DNA from: an uncultured Propionivibrio sp.
GTDB taxonomy: Bacteria; Pseudomonadota; Gammaproteobacteria; Burkholderiales; Rhodocyclaceae
Direction of reading: 5' to 3'
DNA: 64,000 nucleotides
NCBI GenBank assembly: GCA_938040985.1
Contig: CALHZD010000095.1
Location: forward strand, 447 to 64,446
The translations under genes and the position numbers were made by a program. Positions 49,289 to 56,858 of this stretch are shown here, one piece after another; the first letter of the stretch is position 1; every line of letters begins with the position of its first letter. The notes beneath the pieces are model-generated. The model was not told the origin of the DNA and did not search any database. It saw only the letters and a list, made by a program, of their open reading frames with translations.

Positions 49289-49620
49289 TCCGTGCCCTAG
49301 ACGTCATGGCGCCGGCGGCATCGGGTATGCCGTCGGCGTGTGCGCTCTGGCTCAAAATAAGCTTCAGGCCGGCTGACAGCGCTGATGCAAGCGGCGGGCG
49401 ACTGGCGACGCGGCAGCCGCGTAACGCGGGAAGAATGGCGCAATCCCAATACAGACGCGGGCTGGCGGCGAGTGTCGCCATGGAACGACAGTATCAATGG
49501 GCTGAAACACGGGAAATTTGTGCGCATTCCCTCAAGTGTGTCGTTCACAGGCGACGCCTAAAGACTTGGAAAACCAGGATAGGTTATATAACAAATTGAA
49601 TATAAAAATAAAATTATTTA

Positions 49621-49636
49621 TGGCACGGAGTGTGCT
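49621..49636 (+). promoter_or_regulatory. Candidate sigma54 (-24/-12) promoter for the 49.8-53.0 kb operon
   Basis: TGGCACG-GAGT-GTGCT versus consensus TGGCACG-N4-TTGCW. GG-to-GC spacing is correct, with one mismatch in the -12 element. An AT-rich tract lies immediately upstream at 49581..49620. Confidence 0.4.
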
Positions 49637-49810
49637 TTAACTCCTTCGGCAAAAGCCGTTTCGTGCGTGAAGCCGGTTTTCTGATGGTGCTGATTTCTGG
49701 CCTCGCGTTTCATGGTTATCCCGTGAATAGGCGGGAGAGACTTCCGGCAGATGGTACTTGGGAATTTTCCCGACATGTTTTCCGCCGGATATAAGGAAAG
49801 GAGAATCAGA

Positions 49811-50155
49811 ATGAGCCTTCTCAAAAAACTCGCGCTGGCCGGTATTTTTTCTTCGTTTGCAATGGGCGCTTACGCGGGCGACATCGGCGATACGGCCGGC
49901 GCGATTTCCAGCGTGGCCTCGATACAAGGAAATGTTGCCGTTGGCGTTAATACCAAGGAGACAACGATCACGTCGCAAGCCTCGGGTGGTGGATCGGTTT
50001 CCAATGCGGGTTTAGGCGTGGTCGATGCCAAAGCACGTGGCGGAAAGAGCATCAATGCCGCAGTGGGCGTCAATACCGGTACGGCAAATATCAGTTCGAC
50101 GGCTCGAGATGGCGCAACGTCTAACGCCGGTCTGGCGGTGGTTCGTTCGCAATAA
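49811..50155 (+). CDS. Secreted 92-aa (mature) protein made of two tandem ~31-aa Asn/Gly/Ser/Thr-rich repeats; candidate fibre subunit
   Basis: RBS AGGAG. Signal peptide MSLLKKLALAGIFSSFAMGAYA/GD. Repeats are NVAVGVNTKETTITSQASGGGSVSNAGLGVV and NAAVGVNTGTANISSTARDGATSNAGLAVV. Confidence 0.75.
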   Translation: MSLLKKLALAGIFSSFAMGAYAGDIGDTAGAISSVASIQGNVAVGVNTKETTITSQASGGGSVSNAGLGVVDAKARGGKSINAAVGVNTGTANISSTARDGATSNAGLAVVRSQ

Positions 50156-50315
50156 GCTGCGCCTTGTCGTAAGTCTGACCGTATTCGTCCGGCCAGCGGC
50201 ATGACGCTCGACGCCCGTTGGCCGTCTGGCCGGATGCAAATGCGGTCAAGGCGGCCAATGGGCGCGAGCGATTAACCGATCAGTATGGATAACGATTCCT
50301 TGCCGGAGATAACGC

Positions 50316-50699
50316 ATGTTTCATGAACCAAAGAATGCACGCCGCTCGTTGTCGGGTTTTCTGACGTGCCTGCTGATGTTGGGCGGCGGGCTTGAGGTGG
50401 CTGCCTATGCGGCTGGGGCGGCCCATGTGGCTGGGCGCGCCGACAGTGTTGCCAAGCAGGGCGCTTCCGTCGTGGGTTCCCGTGTGTTCATCGATGGCGT
50501 TGAAGTCGATCCATCCGTTGAGCGTTACATCTCGCCGGCTTCCGGGGATGTGTACCGTATCCAGCGTAATGGCGACGCGGTTGCCGTGGTGCTTGAGCGC
50601 AGCGGGCAAAAAAACGGCGTGACGCGGATCGAATCGCACGCTTCCGGGCGTGGCACGACGGCGAACGCCGGGCAGGTGGTGATTACGACCGGGCAGTGA
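50316..50699 (+). CDS. Secreted protein ending in one copy of the same repeat motif
   Basis: RBS GGAGA and a signal-like N-terminus. The C-terminus RIESHASGRGTTANAGQVVITTGQ parallels NISSTARDGATSNAGLAVVRSQ of the preceding gene. Confidence 0.65.
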   Translation: MFHEPKNARRSLSGFLTCLLMLGGGLEVAAYAAGAAHVAGRADSVAKQGASVVGSRVFIDGVEVDPSVERYISPASGDVYRIQRNGDAVAVVLERSGQKNGVTRIESHASGRGTTANAGQVVITTGQ

Positions 50700-50827
50700 A
50701 GACAATGAATTATTAGACGCCATGGCGTATCTAAGAGTCAGATACGAGTTGGTGGCTTGCTAGCGGGTTGCGAGGTTTTATTGTCGATTAGATAGAATGC
50801 GGAATGAAAACATTGAAAGGAGGCGCA

Positions 50828-51589
50828 ATGAATCGTCGAGAATTGAGTCGAAAAGTTTATGCCCTACAAGAAGGGCAGTGGACGCGCATGGAAGCTTTCT
50901 TTCTGTCGTTTTCCTTAGGGTTCCTTTTGGCATTTTTATGTGCGCTCATGGCGCCTTCGCGAGCAATGGCCGGTGATATTGCGGGCGATGCGTCATCGGC
51001 CAATCGGCAGCAGGTTTTAAACCAGAACGGAATGGTTTCTGGCAAAGTGACCGAAACGGCGGATAGCGTCATCATTGATGGCGCGACTTTTGTTTCCAGC
51101 GGAAATGATCAGCCGGTCGTCAAAGTCGATGCGGATACCCGGAAAAAGGTCATTCTGCGCAACGTTAAGATCATTAGCAACAACCAGACGATTTCGGATC
51201 TGAACGACACGCACAAGGGCACGGCCGGCCTTGTCGCGGTCGACAATAGCCTCTCGAAGTCCAAGGTAGTCATGAGGAATGTCCGTGTCGTGGCGCACAA
51301 CGCCAATGTGAGCAGCGTCAGCGAGGAACGCGATGGCTGCGCCGGGCTGGTGTGCAGCAAGGGCGGGCGTTACGACCAGACGCAGTCCGTTTCGACAGCC
51401 GCAGTGGGGCGGACGAATATTTCATCGGTGCAGGGCGCGCGCCCGGATTACCGCAAGGTCGCCGCCACCCATAACACGCGCTATGGTACGCAGCGCACGG
51501 CGGCGGCCGCTTCGGCCTCCAGCGTTTCGCCTGTGACGGCGACGCAGCGCACACGGCCGGATTACCGCAAACTGCCGCAAGCGAACTGA
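50828..51589 (+). CDS. Larger secreted/anchored protein with two or three copies of the repeat and a duplicated RPDYRK C-terminal motif
   Basis: RBS AGGAGG 5 nt before the ATG at 50828. Hydrophobic segment ends ...SRAMA/GDIAGD. Repeats are RNVKIISNNQTISDLNDTHKGTAGLVAV and RNVRVVAHNANVSSVSEERDGCAGLVCS. Confidence 0.65.
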   Translation: MNRRELSRKVYALQEGQWTRMEAFFLSFSLGFLLAFLCALMAPSRAMAGDIAGDASSANRQQVLNQNGMVSGKVTETADSVIIDGATFVSSGNDQPVVKVDADTRKKVILRNVKIISNNQTISDLNDTHKGTAGLVAVDNSLSKSKVVMRNVRVVAHNANVSSVSEERDGCAGLVCSKGGRYDQTQSVSTAAVGRTNISSVQGARPDYRKVAATHNTRYGTQRTAAAASASSVSPVTATQRTRPDYRKLPQAN

Positions 51590-51635
51590 CTAACCGGGCC
51601 TTCAGGGGCGCCTTTCAACAATAAGAATCGATTTT

Positions 51636-52583
51636 ATGAAAACCAGACACCCACGTTTATTGCCGCTTGCAGCTGCTCTGTTGCTGGGCGGCTGCGCCAC
51701 CGTTGACCTGAAAACGCCGCGCGCTGACGATTACAGTGATGCCAGCAAGGAGAAGATTCGCGGCATCGCCGAGCTGCGTTCAAAAACGCTAGCCGACAAC
51801 GAAACCTACTTCACGGATCACCTGCGCTGCATCGGTAAGGGCAAACTGCTCAACGACCTGTCCTTAAGAGTCAGCGTCGCGCCCATTTACGACAAGACGG
51901 CCAAGGTTTTTCCCAACGGATCGACGGCGATTTCGGAAATGGTGCTGAACGCCCTTTCCTATGTGAAGGGCCTGCACATCGTCGATACGCCCTTTGGCGA
52001 CATCACCGAATCGCGCGTCAACCTGCTCAGCGACCGCTACGTCTTTCTCGCCAAGGGGCTGAAAGACAACATCGTCCCGATCTCCAACAAGATCGCCCCA
52101 CTGCCCTATGGCATCCTCTTCCCCAGCCAGATCAGCATTTCCGGCGCGCTCGTCCAGTATGACGAGGGGACGGAAACGGTCTCGCCGGAAATTGGGGTGG
52201 ATATTGATGCGTTTTCCGGCAAGCGTATGGTTGAAACTATTTCCGTCGGCCTGCACCTGCGCCTGATCAACGCTAACGACGGCGAGATTCTCAGCAACAG
52301 CGCGCTGGGCAAGCGCGGCAGCGTGCTGCTTTCCAACAAGGTTTACAAGATCAAGACTAGTGGCAGCTATTTCCGCCTGATCAGCGCTAAGCAGTACGGC
52401 TTGGACGTATCCGTGTCCGTGGATGACCCCAAACACTACGTCATTCAGGAAATGGTCGAGCGGGGCGTTGCCGAACTGCTCTCGGTTTTGCCAAGCGATG
52501 TCGTGTGCCCGGAAAAGAAGAACGATGCTGCTGTAAATGCCCAGGAAACAGCGAGCGTAGCGACCCCCTCAGGGTCTGAATGA
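51636..52583 (+). CDS. CsgG/HfaB-family outer-membrane secretion-channel lipoprotein
   Basis: Lipobox LLLGGC. Colinear with my recollection of E. coli CsgG in three stretches: RVSVAPIYDKT...STAISEMVLNAL; ISISGALVQYDEG...ISVGLHLRLINANDGEILSNS; YFRLIS...DDPKHYVIQEMVERGVAELL. Confidence 0.75.
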   Translation: MKTRHPRLLPLAAALLLGGCATVDLKTPRADDYSDASKEKIRGIAELRSKTLADNETYFTDHLRCIGKGKLLNDLSLRVSVAPIYDKTAKVFPNGSTAISEMVLNALSYVKGLHIVDTPFGDITESRVNLLSDRYVFLAKGLKDNIVPISNKIAPLPYGILFPSQISISGALVQYDEGTETVSPEIGVDIDAFSGKRMVETISVGLHLRLINANDGEILSNSALGKRGSVLLSNKVYKIKTSGSYFRLISAKQYGLDVSVSVDDPKHYVIQEMVERGVAELLSVLPSDVVCPEKKNDAAVNAQETASVATPSGSE

Positions 52584-52610
52584 AAAGCTCAGTGAGAGGT
52601 GATGCTTATT

Positions 52611-53018
52611 ATGCGTAAACAATACTGGATAGCGTTGAGCGTTTTTTTGGGGGCACTGTTGCAGGCCCCACTGTTGATGGCCGCCGATGAAGTGCTTGTC
52701 CCTTGGGTGCCGGCGGTAATTGATTCTGATGAACAGGCGGAAACGGAGCGGCGCGCACGCGCAAGCGCTTTGGAGAATCTGCACGCACCCGAAGAAAACA
52801 GCGAAGAAGCATGGCTGAAAAAATTTAATCCTGAATTGGAAGATGCGGCGACGGAAGAAACGTCACAAACGGGTTCCCGCTATTCTTCTACAGCCAAAGC
52901 ATCCACTAAGGATGTAGCAGGCAAATCAAGAAAACGGAAAAGTACGGGCGCCGAAAAGAAATCGCTACAAAACACGCGCGACTCAGGTTCCGGGATTCAC
53001 GGCGCTGGGGGACGCTAA
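52611..53018 (+). CDS. Secreted, highly charged low-complexity protein (acidic N-half, Lys/Ser-rich C-half)
   Basis: Signal peptide ...LLQAPLLMA/ADE. No recognisable domain. Last gene before the terminator. Confidence 0.55.
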   Translation: MRKQYWIALSVFLGALLQAPLLMAADEVLVPWVPAVIDSDEQAETERRARASALENLHAPEENSEEAWLKKFNPELEDAATEETSQTGSRYSSTAKASTKDVAGKSRKRKSTGAEKKSLQNTRDSGSGIHGAGGR

Positions 53019-53133
53019 CTGAGCGAAATACAAAGTGGCAGCGTGATGAAGCGCCATGGGAGATACATAAACTGAATGTGGGGCGGGTAGTCTCATAATA
53101 TTTTATGGTTTCCGCTAGGGGCGGCGATGCCTT

Positions 53134-53171
53134 GTCCCGTATCTCCAAAAAAGATACGGGACATTTTTTTG
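53134..53171 (+). terminator. Rho-independent terminator of the 49.8-53.0 kb operon
   Basis: Perfect 11-bp stem GTCCCGTATCT / AGATACGGGAC with a 7-nt loop, followed by ATTTTTTTG. Confidence 0.8.
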
Positions 53172-53375
53172 TGCGATAAAAGTTCAGAAGATATTGCGCA
53201 TGATTGCTCACTTAGCGCAGTTCGAAAGATTTGTAACGTAAGTAGGCAGAATATGGCTCGATATCATAAATAAAATGCAATGCCCCCTTTTGTGTTTGGC
53301 TATAATCCTTACAGTGTTGGCGCCGTATGGATTTTTTATTGGCACGACCGTTGTTCTCAATATCTGGAGAAAATT

Positions 53376-54458
53376 ATGGAAAGACGTTCTTTTCTGAAAA
53401 CCGCTGGGCTGGGCCTTGCTGCCGGCACCGTGGCGACGCCTGCGCTAGCGCAGAATTTACCGACAATCAAGTGGCGTATGGCTTCGAGCTTTCCCAAGAG
53501 TCTGGATACGCTGCATGGCACGGGTGAATTCCTCGTAAAACGTATTTCAGACATGACGGGCGGAAAGTTCCAGATCCAGCTGTTTGCCGCCGGCGAACTC
53601 GTTCCGCCGGCTGGCGTACATGATGCCGTTAGGGATAATACGGTCGAAATCGGCTTCACCTGCTCTTACTATTATTTCGGCAAGGATCCGACGTATTGCA
53701 TCGATACGGCGATCCCGTTCGGCATGACGGCTCGTCAGATTTCCGCCTGGTACCGTCAGGGTAATGGCGCCAAGTTGATGGGTGAATTTTTTGCCAAATC
53801 CAATATTCTCTCTATTCCGACCGGCAATACCGGTGCGCAAATGGGCGGATGGTATCGCAAGGAAATCAAGAATGCCGCTGATTTTAAAGGGTTGAAAATG
53901 CGCGTGGCCGGTCTGGCGGGGGCGATTCTATCCAAACTGGGGGTTGTACCGCAGCAGATCGGCGGTAGCGATGTCTATCCGGCGCTTGAAAAAGGCACGA
54001 TTGATGCTGTGGAATGGGTGGGGCCTTACGATGACCTGAAACTAGGCTTCAACAAGGTTGCCAAGTATTACTATTACCCGGCATGGTGGGAAGGCGGCCC
54101 GCAGGTTTCTACGTACGTTAACCTCAAGAAATGGGCTGAATTGCCGAAAGAATACCAAGCGGTTCTCTTGGCGGCGTGTGCTGATGCGGATACCGAAATG
54201 GGAGCGCGCTATGATGCGAAGAACCCGGCGGCAATCAAGCAGCTGCTTGCCTCGGGGACAAAAGTTTTGCCTTTTCCAAAAGACGTTATGGAAGCCAGCT
54301 ATAAAGCTGCGATGGAGTATTACGCGGAGACTTCGGCATCTAATCCAGGATTCAAGAAGATTTACGAGGATTACAAGAAATTCATGGATGATCAGAATTT
54401 CTGGTATCGCGTTGCTGAGAATGAATACACTCGCTTCATGCTCAGTCGCAAGCACTAG
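53376..54458 (+). CDS. TRAP transporter substrate-binding protein (DctP family, Tat-type signal)
   Basis: MERRSFLKTAGLGLAAG (twin-arginine), followed by WRMASSFPKSLDTL...; RBS GGAGA. Confidence 0.88.
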   Translation: MERRSFLKTAGLGLAAGTVATPALAQNLPTIKWRMASSFPKSLDTLHGTGEFLVKRISDMTGGKFQIQLFAAGELVPPAGVHDAVRDNTVEIGFTCSYYYFGKDPTYCIDTAIPFGMTARQISAWYRQGNGAKLMGEFFAKSNILSIPTGNTGAQMGGWYRKEIKNAADFKGLKMRVAGLAGAILSKLGVVPQQIGGSDVYPALEKGTIDAVEWVGPYDDLKLGFNKVAKYYYYPAWWEGGPQVSTYVNLKKWAELPKEYQAVLLAACADADTEMGARYDAKNPAAIKQLLASGTKVLPFPKDVMEASYKAAMEYYAETSASNPGFKKIYEDYKKFMDDQNFWYRVAENEYTRFMLSRKH

Positions 54459-54482
54459 CTAAATCTGAAATAGAAGGCATGT

Positions 54483-54510
54483 AAAACGGGGGCGAAGCCC
54501 CCGTTTTTAT
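54483..54510. terminator. Bidirectional rho-independent terminator between the convergent TRAP genes
   Basis: AAAACGGGGGC-GAA-GCCCCCGTTTT, flanked by an A-run and a T-run. Confidence 0.8.
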
Positions 54511-54556
54511 TTCATCTACTGAATATTGTGCGGATAGCAGTGCCAAGAGTCTCTGT

Positions 54557-56188
54557 CTATTCAGCCGGTAAGCTAAGCGCGGGCGGCTCGCCGGTCTCTG
54601 GATCATCGTAGTGCGTATCAGGTATTTCCATTTGTACGGAATCAAGATCAACCTGTGCCTGATTGTGATCCAGGCCAAGCGTTACCAGCTGCGGTATGGC
54701 AATGACGAGCAGCACCATCAGCACCTGGATGCAGACAAAAGGAATAGCTCCCCAGTAAATATCGCTGGATTTCACTGACGGCGGCGCAACCGAGCGCAGA
54801 AAGAAGAGCGCAAAGCCAAACGGTGGGTGCAGGAATGAGGTCTGCATGTTAATAGCCAACAGAACACCAAACCAGATCAGGTCGATTCCCAGTTTTTCGG
54901 CAACTGGCCCGAGCAATGGCACGATAATGAATGAAAGCTCGAAATAATCGAGGAAGAATGCCAGTAAAAAAACCAGAATATTGACCGTGATTAAAAATCC
55001 GTACTTACCGCCGGGTAAATCGACCAGTAGATGCTCGACCCAGACATGGCCGTCGACGCCGTAAAAAGTTAGCGAGAAAACGCGCGAGCCGATCAGGATA
55101 AAGATTGCAAAAGTGGTCAACTTTGCCGTACTTTGCATGGCTTGTTTGAGCAGCTTTAAATCGAGGCGCTTGCGTAGCAGCGCCATTAGTAGCGCGCCGG
55201 TTGCGCCCATGGCACCCCCTTCGGTTGGCGTGGCGATGCCGAGATAGATCGTGCCGAGCACCAGGAAAATTAGTGCCAGCGGCGGAATCAACACAAAAGT
55301 GACCCGCTCGGCTATGACTGAAAGCAGCCCCAGTTTCAGTGCACGATTGATGAGTGCCATGAGAAAAGGGACACTGACGCCCATCATGATGCACATGACC
55401 ACCAGTTCATCGGTCGGCGTATTGTCCGGGCGTGTTTTCGCAAAGACTGTACCGACGATCAGTGCGGTGACAGTCAGAACAATCAGCGATGTACCTCCCA
55501 TCGTGCCATTGGGTTCGCGAAAAGTACGTGCTTCCGCAGGCAATGCCGGCGCCCATTTGGGGCGAAAAATCGCAATCAGAATGACGTAAAGCACATACAA
55601 TGCGGTGAGTACCAAACCGGGGATGAATGCGCCCCTATACATGTCGCCGACTGATTTGCCGAGCTGATCGGCCATGACAATCAGTACCAACGAGGGCGGA
55701 AGAATCTGTGCCAGCGTTCCCGATGCGGCAATGACGCCGGATGCCAAACGCTTGTCGTAGCCATAGTGCAACATGATCGGCAGCGAGATCAGTCCCATCG
55801 AGATCACCGATGCTGCAACAACACCGGTCGTTGCGGCCAGTAGGGCGCCGACAAAAATTACGGCATAGGCCAGACCGCCGCGGATCGGACCAAATAACTG
55901 ACCAATCGTATCGAGCAGATCCTCAGCCATTCCGGAACGTTCGAGGATCAGCCCCATGAACGTAAAAAATGGCACGGCCAGCATGGTTTCATTGGTCATT
56001 ACGCTGTAAATACGGTCGGGCAGCGCTTGAAAAAGCTGTGGCCCTAGCAGTCCCAGCTCGATGCCGATCAGGCCGAAGACGATTCCGTTGGCTGCCAGTG
56101 CGAAAGCGACAGGAAATCCAAAGAGTAGAAATACGATCATCGAAACGAAGATGATCGGCGCCATATTGGCGATCACAAAATCCATCAT
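54557..56188 (-). CDS. TRAP transporter large permease (DctM family, long form)
   Basis: 543-aa polytopic protein with DctM-like conserved stretches and an acidic C-terminal tail. 4-nt overlap with the upstream small permease gene. Confidence 0.88.
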   Translation of the reverse strand: MMDFVIANMAPIIFVSMIVFLLFGFPVAFALAANGIVFGLIGIELGLLGPQLFQALPDRIYSVMTNETMLAVPFFTFMGLILERSGMAEDLLDTIGQLFGPIRGGLAYAVIFVGALLAATTGVVAASVISMGLISLPIMLHYGYDKRLASGVIAASGTLAQILPPSLVLIVMADQLGKSVGDMYRGAFIPGLVLTALYVLYVILIAIFRPKWAPALPAEARTFREPNGTMGGTSLIVLTVTALIVGTVFAKTRPDNTPTDELVVMCIMMGVSVPFLMALINRALKLGLLSVIAERVTFVLIPPLALIFLVLGTIYLGIATPTEGGAMGATGALLMALLRKRLDLKLLKQAMQSTAKLTTFAIFILIGSRVFSLTFYGVDGHVWVEHLLVDLPGGKYGFLITVNILVFLLAFFLDYFELSFIIVPLLGPVAEKLGIDLIWFGVLLAINMQTSFLHPPFGFALFFLRSVAPPSVKSSDIYWGAIPFVCIQVLMVLLVIAIPQLVTLGLDHNQAQVDLDSVQMEIPDTHYDDPETGEPPALSLPAE

Positions 56189-56793
56189 TTTTCGTCTCCT
56201 GCCGCAGTTTCGTCATTCTGGCGCAGGCGGATCGTTTTAATCAGCTCATCTTCGGCGCTGGCTTCCTCGTTTCTTTGCGTTGGGTCAGGGCACAAACCTT
56301 TCAAAAAACCGATGCGCTTGATGAGCTCTGAGATAGCTTGCAGGATGAGCAGGAAAAATCCAACGGGAATCATCAAGCGCGCCGGCCAGACAATCAGGCC
56401 ACCGGGGCTATTGGACATTTCATCGCTCAGGAAGGCATTAACGAATACCGGCCAGGAGAGCGTCATGATGGCGATTGCCATCGGCATCAAGAAAAACAGG
56501 ATGCCCAGAATATCGACCCAAATCTGTCCACGCTTTGGCAGTTTGTGAAGGATCAGATCGATGCGGACGTGTTCGTTGCGCAGTAGCGTGTACCCCGAAC
56601 AGGAAAGAAAAATCAGTCCAAATAAATACCACTGTGCTTCGAGAAACGCATTCGAACTGAAATTGAACAGATAGCGTAAAACGGCATTCAGGGAGCTGAA
56701 CAGTACGATGATGAGAACGAACCAGACCGCAACTCTGCCAATACATTCCGTACAGGCGTCGATACACCTGGATAATTTGAGTAAAGCGTTCAT
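56185..56793 (-). CDS. TRAP transporter small permease (DctQ family)
   Basis: Four TM segments directly upstream of, and overlapping, the DctM gene. Start moved to MNALLKLSR (56793). Confidence 0.8.
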   Translation of the reverse strand: MNALLKLSRCIDACTECIGRVAVWFVLIIVLFSSLNAVLRYLFNFSSNAFLEAQWYLFGLIFLSCSGYTLLRNEHVRIDLILHKLPKRGQIWVDILGILFFLMPMAIAIMTLSWPVFVNAFLSDEMSNSPGGLIVWPARLMIPVGFFLLILQAISELIKRIGFLKGLCPDPTQRNEEASAEDELIKTIRLRQNDETAAGDEK

Positions 56794-56858
56794 GATATGA
56801 GTAAAGCAAAAGCCAAAATAAGCGCCGTGAAATAAATGGAATAACAATGAGTTCACGG

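Noticed and set aside
49297-49824. Small ORFs in the 520-bp gap upstream of the fibre-like operon (49285..49599 +, 49297..49548 -, 49618..49824 -).
   Set aside because: Their translations are Arg/Cys-rich or interrupted, no RBS is evident, and they overlap the predicted promoter/leader. A small regulatory peptide cannot be excluded but is unsupported.
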